From Gammaproteobacteria bacterium (GTDB lineage Bacteria > Pseudomonadota > Gammaproteobacteria > Pseudomonadales > Pseudohongiellaceae): a DNA stretch of 64,000 bases. The stretch covers positions 42,148-106,147 of the forward strand of contig JAQWTK010000096.1 of the NCBI GenBank assembly GCA_029242705.1, read 5' to 3'. Positions within the stretch are counted from its first letter, which is position 1. Every line of letters starts with the position of its first letter. Made by a program: the position numbers and the translations under genes. Under the pieces are notes generated by a model, which was not told the origin of the DNA, searched no databases, and worked only from the letters and a program-made list of their open reading frames with translations. Of the stretch, positions 47,305 through 57,236 are shown one piece after another.

Positions 47305-48909
47305 TCACATCCTGAAGGTTCCGAATTGTGTAATTTTAGTTGGGGCATTGCGCGCGATTTCCATACATCGCGCAATGACTTGTCTTGTTTGCCTTGGCAA
47401 GATTATCCCATCATCCCAAATTCTGGCTGAGGCATAATAGGGGTGACCTTGTTTTTGGTAAGTATCCAAAATAGGCTTTCGGAAATCCTTTTCTTGTTCT
47501 TTACTCCAGACCTCTTTTGTTGTTTTCAATTGATCTCGCTTGATAGTCGATAGCACTCCTGCCGCTTGCTCTCCTCCCATGACCGATATGCGCGCATTTG
47601 GCCACATAAACATAAATCTAGGATCGTAAGCTCGACCACACATGCCATAGTTGCCAGCACCAAATGAGCCGCCGACTATTATTGTAAACTTAGGCACCTT
47701 GGCACAGGCAACTGCCATAACCATTTTTGCGCCATGTTTCGCAATGCCCCCTTCTTCGAATGCTTTACCTACCATAAAGCCAACAATATTTTGCAAGAAG
47801 AGCAAGGGCGTCTTTCGTTGAGCGCAGAGCTCAATGAAATGAGTTCCTTTTGCTGCAGATTCGCTAAATAAAATACCATTATTTGCGATGATCCCTATCG
47901 CATAGCCATTGATTTTCGCAAACCCACATATCAAAGTTTTTCCATAGAGCGCCTTAAATTCATCAAAACTAGATCCATCAACCACGCGCGCGATGATTTC
48001 TCTTGCATCATACGAAGTCGTTGAATTTAGCGGGATAATACCTTCTAACTCTTCTATATCGTAAAGTGGTAACTTAACTTCCTCATTATGGGTGGTTTGG
48101 AGTTTTCGATTGGTATGGCCAATAATATCTCGGGCGATCTCTAGTGCATGTTTATCATCGTTAGCATAATAGTCAGAGACCCCTGACTTTCGGCAGTGCA
48201 CATCAGCGCCACCAAGGTCTTCAGCATTAACAATTTCACCGGTTGCTGCTTTTACTAACGGAGGCCCTGCAAGGAAAACAGTGGCTTGATTTTTTACCAT
48301 AATACTTTCGTCGCACATTGCGGGGACATAGGCGCCCCCGGCAGTAGAAGAACCCATAACGACAGCGATTTGAGGAATGCCTGCAGCCGACATATTTGCT
48401 TGATTAAAAAAGATACGACCAAAGTGATCCTTGTCAGGGAATACCTCGTCCTGGCGTGGGAGGTTCGCTCCTCCGGAATCAACTAGATAAATACAAGGAA
48501 GATTATTTTGAGCAGCAATATCTTGTGCGCGGAGATGTTTTTTAACAGTTAAAGGATAATATGTGCCCCCTTTTACCGTCGCGTCGTTAACAACTATTAT
48601 GCAATCAATACCATTAATTTTACCAACGCCTGTAATTATGCCTGCCGCGGGGACGTCTTCCTCATAAACATCGTAAGCTGCCAGTTGGGATAATTCTAAA
48701 AAGTCTGAACCTGAGTCGATTAGCGACTTAATGCGCTCTCGGGGGAGCAGTTTTCCCCGAGATTTGTGTTTTTCCTTAGCTTTCTCGGAACCGCCTGATT
48801 CGACTTTTGTGAGTTTTTTCTGAAAGTCATGGATTTGTGCCTGCATAGCTTGCTTATTGGCTTTAAATGCATCACTTAAAATATTTATTTTCGACTCAAT
48901 AGCAGGCAT
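47305..48909 (-). CDS. Acyl-CoA carboxylase carboxyltransferase (beta) subunit, methylcrotonoyl-CoA carboxylase-like
   Basis: 534 aa, collinear with MccB/LiuB-type carboxyltransferases ([24 protein letters not shown]). Confidence 0.82.
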   Translation of the reverse strand: MPAIESKINILSDAFKANKQAMQAQIHDFQKKLTKVESGGSEKAKEKHKSRGKLLPRERIKSLIDSGSDFLELSQLAAYDVYEEDVPAAGIITGVGKINGIDCIIVVNDATVKGGTYYPLTVKKHLRAQDIAAQNNLPCIYLVDSGGANLPRQDEVFPDKDHFGRIFFNQANMSAAGIPQIAVVMGSSTAGGAYVPAMCDESIMVKNQATVFLAGPPLVKAATGEIVNAEDLGGADVHCRKSGVSDYYANDDKHALEIARDIIGHTNRKLQTTHNEEVKLPLYDIEELEGIIPLNSTTSYDAREIIARVVDGSSFDEFKALYGKTLICGFAKINGYAIGIIANNGILFSESAAKGTHFIELCAQRKTPLLFLQNIVGFMVGKAFEEGGIAKHGAKMVMAVACAKVPKFTIIVGGSFGAGNYGMCGRAYDPRFMFMWPNARISVMGGEQAAGVLSTIKRDQLKTTKEVWSKEQEKDFRKPILDTYQKQGHPYYASARIWDDGIILPRQTRQVIARCMEIARNAPTKITQFGTFRM

Positions 48910-49149
48910 TTTTTCTCCTAAGTGAATGGTTAGCTTTACTTATGGGGGATCGTTGGAAATTTAAGTAATTTACCGAATTCCTCAGTGTGACTAAATTGGT
49001 TTATTTTACTCACCACCATTATAAGTAAAATTGTCTCTATTGCTTTCGCTAATTAGGGTATTTAGCTGCTTTAAGAATTTTTCTGGCTTCCTAATTCTTT
49101 TCGTTTTAGTCTCAGCTAATACAAGAAATATTACTCAGAGGAATAAAAT

Positions 49150-50847
49150 TTGACGCTTACATCAATTAGTTACGCTAGTGGTCCTGCAGAAAAGGCTTTG
49201 CTTGGTGACCCCATTGGCCAGTTTTTCGACAAAATAAGTACTCGATACGCTGAACGAGAAGCCATAGTGTCATTGCATCAAAATACGCGTCTTACTTATT
49301 TGCAATTAGCGGGAAGAGTAAACGCTTTAGCTAAGGCTTTTATCAGTACTGGGTTTAAAAAAGGAGACCGCTTAGGGGTTTGGTCGCCAAATAATATTGA
49401 ATGGCTAATAACACAGTATGCAACTGCAAAAGCGGGCATAATCTTGGTAACTATTAACCCCGCTTACCGTTCACATGAGCTTGCCTTTGTCTTGAAGCAG
49501 TCGGGCTGTAAAGGCCTGGTTCTGCAAAACCAATTTAAAACTTCAGATTACGAAGGAATAATCTGTGAGCTTTGTCCGGAAATTAATGATACTGACATTG
49601 GTAAGCTTCATTTAAAAAAGTTTAGAAATCTTACTACTGTTATCTCTATGACCGAATCATCGGTTAGAGGCATATACAACTGGTCCGATTTCTCCGATTT
49701 GGCGAAAAATATTAGCGATAGCGAATTGGCAGATCGTCAGTTTGATCAGGATATGGATGATGCTATAAATATTCAGTATACCAGTGGGACTACTGGGTTT
49801 CCTAAAGGGGCAACTCTTAGCCATCATAATATTCTTAATAATGGTTATTTCGTAGCAGACATAATGAACTTCACAGAGGAAGATCGGCTCGTCGTGCCTG
49901 TTCCCTTGTATCATTGTTTTGGTATGGTGATGGCGAATCTCGGATGTCTTAGTCATGGCGCATGCGCCATTTATCCTAGTGAAGGATTTGAACCGGAATC
50001 CGTATTGGAAGCGGTAGAAAGAGAGAGAGCGACTGCGCTTTACGGAGTGCCAACGATGTTTATTGCAGAGCTTGCGTTATCGAATTTTGGACAATATGAC
50101 CTATCGAGTTTGCGTACTGGAATCATGGCTGGGGCCCCTTGTCCAATTGAAACAATGACGCAAGTTAATAAATTGATGAATATGACTGAGGTTGAAATAG
50201 CATATGGAATGACCGAAACAAGCCCCGTCAGTTTTCAAACTCGAGTTGATTCGCCAGTAACCAAACGTGTTAGCACTGTTGGTAAAGTTCACCCTCACGT
50301 AGAGGTAAAAATAATTAACCCAGAAACTTCGGAAATTTGTCCTATTGAAGAGATGGGAGAATTATGTACGAGGGGATACTCTGTAATGTTGGGTTATTGG
50401 GAGAACCCTGAAGCGACAGCTTTGGCCATAGATGACAATGGCTGGATGCATACGGGCGATACGGCCGTTATGGATGAAGATGGATATGTAAATATCGTTG
50501 GCCGGATTAAAGACATGATCGTGCGCGGAGGGGAAAATGTTTACCCTCGAGAGATAGAGGAGTATTTAATGACCCACCTGAGCATTGAGGCGGTTCAAGT
50601 GACAGGAGTCCCAGATTCTAAATATGGAGAAGAAATAATTGCATGGGTTAGTTTAAAGGAAGGTGATGACCTTTCCGAAGATGAGGTCAGAGAATTCTGC
50701 AGAGGTAAAATCGCGCATTATAAGGTGCCGCGCTATGTGCGATTTAGTGAAGATTTTCCAATGACGGTAACCGGGAAGGTACAAAAATATAAGATGCGGG
50801 AAATCAGTATCAAGGAACTTGGCTTAGAAGAACAGAAAACTGCATAG
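49150..50847 (+). CDS. AMP-dependent acyl-CoA synthetase/ligase
   Basis: [21 protein letters not shown] and [34 protein letters not shown] start. Confidence 0.85.
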   Translation: MTLTSISYASGPAEKALLGDPIGQFFDKISTRYAEREAIVSLHQNTRLTYLQLAGRVNALAKAFISTGFKKGDRLGVWSPNNIEWLITQYATAKAGIILVTINPAYRSHELAFVLKQSGCKGLVLQNQFKTSDYEGIICELCPEINDTDIGKLHLKKFRNLTTVISMTESSVRGIYNWSDFSDLAKNISDSELADRQFDQDMDDAINIQYTSGTTGFPKGATLSHHNILNNGYFVADIMNFTEEDRLVVPVPLYHCFGMVMANLGCLSHGACAIYPSEGFEPESVLEAVERERATALYGVPTMFIAELALSNFGQYDLSSLRTGIMAGAPCPIETMTQVNKLMNMTEVEIAYGMTETSPVSFQTRVDSPVTKRVSTVGKVHPHVEVKIINPETSEICPIEEMGELCTRGYSVMLGYWENPEATALAIDDNGWMHTGDTAVMDEDGYVNIVGRIKDMIVRGGENVYPREIEEYLMTHLSIEAVQVTGVPDSKYGEEIIAWVSLKEGDDLSEDEVREFCRGKIAHYKVPRYVRFSEDFPMTVTGKVQKYKMREISIKELGLEEQKTA

Positions 50848-50879
50848 TATTTTATAGTAATGATGATGGAGTCAAAAAG

Positions 50880-51593
50880 ATGATATATCCGCATGGGGAT
50901 ATTGAGCCTATAGGTACAGATATGTTCATGGTACGAGGCAGCATAAAGTTGAACCCTTTTATGCGCATTAGTCGGAATATGGGAATTGTATGTGAAGAAT
51001 CTGAGGTAACGTTAATTAATCCGATAAGTCTGAATGCAGGTACTGAAGATAAGTTAAGAGCCCTAGGGGAGATTACAAATATTGTGCGTCTAGGAGCGTT
51101 TCATGGGATTGATGATGCTTATTATGTAGAAAAATTTAAAGCACAGTTTTGGAGTCAGCCGAATGGGATGGTCTATAAAGAACCAATTATAGATGTTGAA
51201 ATTGGTATGGGGGGATTAACTCCAGTAGAGGACTGTGAGTTTTTTGAATTTCGTAATACAACCCAACCAGAGTGTGCGTTATTACTTAAGCGAGACGGCG
51301 GGGTTTTATTCACGTGCGACTCCATTCAACATTATGGCGATTACAGTTATAGCAATTGGCTGGCAAAAGTAATTATGCCGCGTATTGGATTTCCAAAAAC
51401 TACGATAGTAGGACCCATTTGGCTCAAACTAATGACTCCGGAAGGGGACGGATTAGAAGAAGAGTTCAGGAGGTTGCTTGAGCTCAATTTCGACAAACTT
51501 TTGTCGGGTCATGGGACTTTTCTTGCTCATGATGCCTTTAAGGAAGTGAAAAAGGCTATCGACAAGGCTTTCTCAGTGGACTCCCTTGATTGA
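50880..51593 (+). CDS. Hypothetical protein, possibly a degenerate metallo-beta-lactamase fold
   Basis: Only weak cues (GAFHGIDD, LLSGHG). Coding-like composition and tight spacing after the ligase gene. Confidence 0.35.
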   Translation: MIYPHGDIEPIGTDMFMVRGSIKLNPFMRISRNMGIVCEESEVTLINPISLNAGTEDKLRALGEITNIVRLGAFHGIDDAYYVEKFKAQFWSQPNGMVYKEPIIDVEIGMGGLTPVEDCEFFEFRNTTQPECALLLKRDGGVLFTCDSIQHYGDYSYSNWLAKVIMPRIGFPKTTIVGPIWLKLMTPEGDGLEEEFRRLLELNFDKLLSGHGTFLAHDAFKEVKKAIDKAFSVDSLD

Positions 51594-52012
51594 ATTAAGT
51601 GGGGTTCAGAGAGCTTTGGTGTAGTGATAATTGAACTCTCTACAACGCCCAATAAGACGGTCGATGATTTTACATGACTGTCTAGCAATGGCAGATGGTT
51701 AAGGGGCTGCAGACTTAACGCAATCTTGTCCCATCTTCCTTATATCGTGTATCACTGCCTTGGCACTGCCTTGGAACGTAATTTTGAAGGGTAAAACGTA
51801 ACTAAGGCATTGATTTATTTATTAAAAAATTGGTCGGGTAGAGAGATTTGAATAGCCAAGCTTATAGAAACCTTTTACATGTGCTTTTCTGTGGTATTTA
51901 ATTGAATTGTGTATGTAGCAAGCGCTATGATGCAGGCACCGAGAAGAATAATTTTTTATAAAGTAATAAACAAAACATAACCTAGTCCTAATACGGGCAG
52001 CAGGGGAAATTA

Positions 52013-53158
52013 ATGAAAACTACTCGACGCGAATTTGGAAAGGTTGCCCTGGGCACAGCTATTGGAGCAATGTCCGGAACGACCCTAATTGGGAATAAAG
52101 CACAAGCTCAAACGCGTAAGGCGCATGCTACCGGCGTATACCATGACGGCATTATGCAGCTAAATCAAAATGAAAGTGCCCGCGGGCCAGGGCCTAAGAC
52201 TTTAGAAGCCATTCGTGCTCATACTACTAAACGCGTAGGCATGGGCTATTCTCCTGATCATGTGAATGAGCTCCGAGAAGGGATAGCTAATTATTATGGA
52301 GTTGGTACGGAAAATGTCCTCTTGTCGACAGGCTCGACACCATTACTTGAGGCCATAACTCGGGCGTACTGCGACGAAAATAAAGCTCTGGTAATTCCAA
52401 TGCCCACTTATTCTACGAGTTTGCAAGCTGCTCGCCGCATAAATGCTAAAGCAATTGAATTACCGCTCGGTAGAGATCTTGGTATAGATCTCGACGCTGT
52501 GGCTAGAAATGCGGAGGGTTCTGGACTCTTGTATGTATGTAATCCCAATAATCCTACGGGCACGGTTCATGGGCCAGATGTCATTGAAAAATTTGTGCGT
52601 AGTGTTATGCGTGAAAACCCCGATGTGCATATTCAAATCGATGAAGCTTATATAAATTATACCAGACCAGGCGCGATGGAAACGGCTCTGCCTTTGGCGT
52701 TAGAGTATGAGAATGTTTCTGTTACCAGATCATTTTCAAAAGCTCATGGGTTGGCTGGGATGCGCATCGGTTATGCTCTTGCGCAAGCTCAAACTCTTGA
52801 AAAAATTGATGCCGCCTGGGGATTGGGTGATGTTAATTCGTTGGCTGCAGTTGCCGCATTAACAGCGTTAGAAGATGAGGAGCATATTACTTGGGAAGCT
52901 CAGGAAAATGCTGAGATAAGGGATGAAGTAGTTGGTTTTTTCCGTAGTCAGGGTCATGAGGTTCCAGATTCGAATACAAACCATATCTTTGTTAATTTAG
53001 GGATGCCTGCTGCTAAATTCAGAGCAGCTTGTTTAGAAAACAATATTTTGGTGGGAAGAGATTTCCCGCCTTTAGAACAAACACACTGCCGTATTTCACT
53101 AGGTAGTCGTGAACAAATGAAGCAAGCAATAGAGGTATTTAAGAAAGCATTAGGTTAG
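52013..53158 (+). CDS. Class I/II PLP-dependent aminotransferase (HisC-like) with a twin-arginine signal peptide
   Basis: Tat motif TRREFGKVALGTAIGAMSG..AQAQ, LNQNESARGP, NPNNPTG, and the PLP-Lys context SFSKAHGLAGMRIGY. Confidence 0.8.
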   Translation: MKTTRREFGKVALGTAIGAMSGTTLIGNKAQAQTRKAHATGVYHDGIMQLNQNESARGPGPKTLEAIRAHTTKRVGMGYSPDHVNELREGIANYYGVGTENVLLSTGSTPLLEAITRAYCDENKALVIPMPTYSTSLQAARRINAKAIELPLGRDLGIDLDAVARNAEGSGLLYVCNPNNPTGTVHGPDVIEKFVRSVMRENPDVHIQIDEAYINYTRPGAMETALPLALEYENVSVTRSFSKAHGLAGMRIGYALAQAQTLEKIDAAWGLGDVNSLAAVAALTALEDEEHITWEAQENAEIRDEVVGFFRSQGHEVPDSNTNHIFVNLGMPAAKFRAACLENNILVGRDFPPLEQTHCRISLGSREQMKQAIEVFKKALG

Positions 53159-53176
53159 GCTATTAAAATTAAAAAA

Positions 53177-53202
53177 GGGGCAGATGGCTGCCCCTTTTTT
53201 TT
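53177..53202. terminator. Bidirectional rho-independent terminator
   Basis: GGGGCAG-ATGG-CTGCCCC flanked by AAAAAA 5' and TTTTTTTT 3'. Lies between convergent genes. Confidence 0.7.
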
Positions 53203-53233
53203 GTTATTAAATTAACATTAACCTTTCTGAAAA

Positions 53234-53884
53234 TTACTCTTCTGTTTCCATTAAAAAATTAGGCCCTAGTGCTGGATTGATGTAATTATCGGGAAGTACT
53301 CTGTCAGGATCAGGCCTAACACTTAAATAATCAACATGAACAGGGACTTCTAGCCAGCCATGTGGAGTACCTGCTGGGATTATTATTATGTCCCCCTCCT
53401 TTACATGCTTTGAAATCCAGTCACCTACAATAAGACCGCTGCAGGAAGGCCCATTTAGCGTCGTCGTAACGTTACTATCATCAGCGAAACCATTCCCGTT
53501 GTAGATTTCACCACCAGTAACTAATGTACCCGATCCAGATGCTATGTAGTATGTTTCAGTCTGGTGTATGTGCATTATTCCCCTGGCATTACTTGGGCGA
53601 GAATTTTCAATTGTTCCGCAAGGACGTTCAGGGTTTTCGTTATCTTGACCGCTGCCGCGTTCGACGGCATTTCGATGAACAATGCCGACAGACAAGTTTA
53701 GTTTTCCAATATCACGACTAACTATCTGGCGATCTACTCCTGGTAATTCATTAACCATTTGCCATTGTTCCTCCGTAATGTATGTAGCGAAGGTTTGGTC
53801 TCCTTGTGCATTTACTATTGAATAGATCGTGAAAGGGGCAATTAAAGTTGTTACATATACCAGTTGAGAAATCAGTTTGCACAT
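53234..53884 (-). CDS. Exported cupin-domain protein
   Basis: Signal peptide from MCKLISQ.. (ATG at 53884, with a GGAAA-type SD upstream). Cupin-like HIHQTETYYIASGSG..GDIIIIPAGTPHGW. Confidence 0.5.
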   Translation of the reverse strand: MCKLISQLVYVTTLIAPFTIYSIVNAQGDQTFATYITEEQWQMVNELPGVDRQIVSRDIGKLNLSVGIVHRNAVERGSGQDNENPERPCGTIENSRPSNARGIMHIHQTETYYIASGSGTLVTGGEIYNGNGFADDSNVTTTLNGPSCSGLIVGDWISKHVKEGDIIIIPAGTPHGWLEVPVHVDYLSVRPDPDRVLPDNYINPALGPNFLMETEE

Positions 53885-54055
53885 AGGGGTTTCCTTTTTT
53901 TGCTGAGTGATTGCGGCCAATGTATTCTGGTTGCCCGAGCATGTCCAGTTTTCAATTATAACTTTAGATAGGTTAGATTTTTTATGAATTAACTAGACGG
54001 TAGGCCCGTAAACGTAGCACCATTAGAGGTAATGTAAATTTATAGGAAAGTTACG

Positions 54056-55522
54056 ATGAGGTTTGTTTCGAGATCAATTTGGGTTTTATGGTTTACTTTT
54101 GTGGTTGCAGGCAACGCGTCGGCTCAAGATCACAAGGCTTCGGTCATTCAATATATTGATGATAGAGCTGATTTGTATACGGATGTGGCCCAGCAGATTT
54201 GGGACTGGGCTGAAGTTGGGTATCTAGAAGCGCAGAGCTCAAATCTACTGCAGCAGCAGCTTCTTAATGCTGGCTTTGAAATTAATACCGGCGTTGCAGC
54301 TATACCGACAGCTTTCGTCGCAACTTGGCGCAATGGCCCCGGAGGACCAACTATCGGCATACTAGCCGAATACGATGCGCTTCCAGGGATTACTCAAGAT
54401 CGAAATCCTTTAAGAGATCCTATAGATAGTAAGTTAGCGGGCCATGCATGCGGCCACCATCTTTTTGGAACTGGTTCTGTTGCCGCGGCAATTGCTACTA
54501 AAATGTGGATGCAAGAAACAGGTCAGGTCGGTGAAATTCGCTTATTTGGAACTCCTGCTGAAGAAGGAGGTGCTGGGAAAGTCTACATGGTCCGAGAAGG
54601 TTTGTTTGATGATGTTGATGCAGTTTTACATTGGCATCCAAGTGACGCAAATTCTGCTGATGCGAGGAGCTCGCTTGCAAATAAATCAGCAAAATTTCGT
54701 TTCACGGGATTATCGGCACATGCTGCGGGAGCACCGCACCGAGGTCGCTCAGCGCTCGATGGGGTAGAGGCTATGAATAATATGGTCAACTTAATGCGGG
54801 AACACGTGCCAATGGAAACTCGTATCCATTATGTGATTACCTCTGGGGGAGCTGCTCCAAATGTCGTGCCAGACTTTGCGGAAGTTTATTACTATGTAAG
54901 GCATCCTGACCCTTCGCAGGTTAATATGATTTTTGAAAGGGTTGTTCAGACTGCGGAAGGTGCGGCACTAGGTACTGATACTGATATGGAATTTGAAGTC
55001 ATACACGGTATTTACAACATATTGCCTAATGTTTCTTTGCAGACGGCGATCCACGCAAATCTCTCCAGAGTCGGAGGCGTTGATTATAACGCTGAGGAAA
55101 AAGAGTTTGCTGAAAAGCTTCGCAGCGCGCTGCCTGTGGATTCTCCTCCAATTACGGAAGCTAATAATGTACGGCCGATGGTAATCGATGAACGAGGTGG
55201 AGGGGGTTCAACAGACGTTGCTGATGTTAGCTGGGCTGTGGCTACCGGAGGAATGCGGGCTGCAACTTGGGTACCAGGCACTTCTTCCCATTCTTGGCAG
55301 GCCGTCGCCGCTGGTGGCACCTCTATTGGGAATAAAGGCATGCTCGTCGCTGCGAAAACACTAGCCATGACCGCTGTTGATCTTTTCATGAATCCAATAT
55401 TATTGGGTAATGCAGTAAGTGAGCATCAGGGTCGATTGCCGGAAGATTGGGTATATGAGCCATTATTGGGAGATCGCCCGCCACCGCTTGATTATAGGTT
55501 GCCGGCTGGTCTCGGAAATTAA
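54056..55522 (+). CDS. Exported M20-family amidohydrolase, AbgB (aminobenzoyl-glutamate hydrolase subunit B)-like
   Basis: Signal peptide. IDDRADLYTDVAQQIWDWAEVGY..IGILAEYDALPG..HACGHH is collinear with AbgB/M20D proteins. Confidence 0.8.
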   Translation: MRFVSRSIWVLWFTFVVAGNASAQDHKASVIQYIDDRADLYTDVAQQIWDWAEVGYLEAQSSNLLQQQLLNAGFEINTGVAAIPTAFVATWRNGPGGPTIGILAEYDALPGITQDRNPLRDPIDSKLAGHACGHHLFGTGSVAAAIATKMWMQETGQVGEIRLFGTPAEEGGAGKVYMVREGLFDDVDAVLHWHPSDANSADARSSLANKSAKFRFTGLSAHAAGAPHRGRSALDGVEAMNNMVNLMREHVPMETRIHYVITSGGAAPNVVPDFAEVYYYVRHPDPSQVNMIFERVVQTAEGAALGTDTDMEFEVIHGIYNILPNVSLQTAIHANLSRVGGVDYNAEEKEFAEKLRSALPVDSPPITEANNVRPMVIDERGGGGSTDVADVSWAVATGGMRAATWVPGTSSHSWQAVAAGGTSIGNKGMLVAAKTLAMTAVDLFMNPILLGNAVSEHQGRLPEDWVYEPLLGDRPPPLDYRLPAGLGN

Positions 55523-55734
55523 GCTATCGTTTCCTAATTTGGTGCTGTAATACAGTAATTTATTCCAGTAGGAGGGCAACTGTATTACCGTGATATTCGA
55601 TGAAGATTTGTTTTGCGCATTGCTTTTAATAGGAATATGCTGACATTAATAAAATAGGGTAGTTAAGTAGAAAGATTAAGACGCCATCGTGAGCGATGCT
55701 AACGTAAATAATAAGAGATATAGAGGAGTATGAG

Positions 55735-57102
55735 ATGTCCATCGGGAATAAATCGTTAACTGGGTTTGATCGCAGAACTTTTATGAAAAATGCCGGTGTT
55801 GCTGCTTTGGCGGGTGCTGGAGGTGTTGCTACCATTTCCCAATCAGCTTCTGCGCAAGAATCCTCAATAAGTATTCCGAGGCTTGCTGGCGGCAAATATG
55901 ATTTCGATACGCCCTATAACCGAGTGGGCTCGGATTGTGCTCGCTGGGATTCGCCTCCTCTGCGTTACCCAGAAGGAACTTTTAAATACGGCATGGGCGT
56001 GGCGTCGATGGATTTCGAGTGTGCCCCATGCATAACTGAGGCATTACAAGATAGGGTTAAGCACCATAACTGGGGATATTTAAGTTCAACAGAGGGGCTG
56101 CGTAACGGTATTCTTCGTTGGAATGGTGAACACCATGGTTTAGACCTTAGTCCCGATGCCGTAACTATTTCTGATGGCGTGTATCCTGGAATGATTGCTG
56201 CGATGCGTGCATTTGTGCCTAGAGGAAATAAATTGCTCCTTTCGACTCCGGCGTACTCTGGTTTTTACAGTATGGCTAGAGCTGCTAACGTCGAGATTGT
56301 TGACAGTGAGATGGAGTATAAGAACGGACGTTACGAAATTAACTGGGAAGATTTGGAAGCAAAAATGACTCCCGACGTGCGGGCAATGATCGTGTGTAAT
56401 CCACAGAACCCGACTGGTAACGTTTGGACAGAAGAAGAATTATTACGTGTTGGAAGACTTTGTCTCGAGCATAATATCATCGTTCTCTCAGATGAGATTC
56501 ATGCTGACGTGATTAGATCTGGTTACAAGTTTACCCCTTTTGGTCGTCTTCCAGATGAAGCCGTGGTTAACAACAGTCTTACGTTTACCGCGATTAGTAA
56601 GACATTTAACCTAGCTGGAATGAAGAACGCTTATTATTATTCTAAGAGTCCTATTATGTTGGGCCGTGTTAATAAGCATCATCGTGCAGAGCTAAGCACT
56701 CTGGGGGTCGTTGCAAACGAGGCGGCTTATAATGAGGGCTGGGATTGGTTTCAGCAAGCCAACTCTTACATGGACGAAAATCACACCTATATCGAGAATT
56801 ATGTTAAGCAAAATATGCCGACTGTAGGTTACGTTCGAAACGAAGGTACTTACATGACGTTCCTCGATTTCACCAAAACGATGGAGACGATTGGGGCGAA
56901 AGAACAACATCGTGCTCACGATAAGGCGAGCCCAGAGCATTATTTCCAAGACTGGCTGGTTCATAATTCAGGTGTATACCTGAACCCAGGTTCAGACTAT
57001 GGTTCTGGAGGGGCCGGGCACATGCGAATGAATATCGCTTCTTCTAGACTAGTAATTCGCGACGTTCTAGAAGCAATGGCTGGTGCTGTTAATAAGGCTT
57101 GA
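55735..57102 (+). CDS. PatB/MalY-type PLP-dependent C-S lyase/aminotransferase with a twin-arginine signal peptide
   Basis: Tat motif FDRRTFMKNAGVAALAGAGG..ASAQ. R.GSDCARWD, VASMDFE, NPQNPTG, and the PLP-Lys context AISKTFNLAGMK. Confidence 0.8.
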   Translation: MSIGNKSLTGFDRRTFMKNAGVAALAGAGGVATISQSASAQESSISIPRLAGGKYDFDTPYNRVGSDCARWDSPPLRYPEGTFKYGMGVASMDFECAPCITEALQDRVKHHNWGYLSSTEGLRNGILRWNGEHHGLDLSPDAVTISDGVYPGMIAAMRAFVPRGNKLLLSTPAYSGFYSMARAANVEIVDSEMEYKNGRYEINWEDLEAKMTPDVRAMIVCNPQNPTGNVWTEEELLRVGRLCLEHNIIVLSDEIHADVIRSGYKFTPFGRLPDEAVVNNSLTFTAISKTFNLAGMKNAYYYSKSPIMLGRVNKHHRAELSTLGVVANEAAYNEGWDWFQQANSYMDENHTYIENYVKQNMPTVGYVRNEGTYMTFLDFTKTMETIGAKEQHRAHDKASPEHYFQDWLVHNSGVYLNPGSDYGSGGAGHMRMNIASSRLVIRDVLEAMAGAVNKA

Positions 57103-57181
57103 TATAAATTTTGCAAATAAAAGGAATTTGATTATTAGGTAAAAGGGAGTATTTGTTGTACTACCTCTTAAAATAATAAAA

Positions 57182-57218
57182 GGCAGTGTTACTTTAGCAG
57201 TAACGCTGCCTTTTCTTT
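57182..57218 (+). terminator. Rho-independent terminator after the C-S lyase gene
   Basis: 11-bp stem GGCAGTGTTAC / GTAACGCTGCC (one G-T pair), a 7-nt loop, then TTTTCTTT. Confidence 0.6.
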
Positions 57219-57236
57219 ATACGACAGCTCAATATA

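Noticed and set aside
51601-51660. Possible second tRNA-like fragment or small structured RNA (GTAGAGAG / CTCTCTAC inverted with 51836..51843)
   Set aside because: I could not fold either strand into a cloverleaf or a convincing long hairpin. An 8-nt inverted match about 200 nt apart is within chance expectation.
55540-55590. Hairpin GTAATACAGT...ACTGTATTAC after the M20 gene as a terminator
   Set aside because: The 10-bp stem is perfect, but the loop is about 22 nt and no T-tract follows. Too weak to list as a feature.
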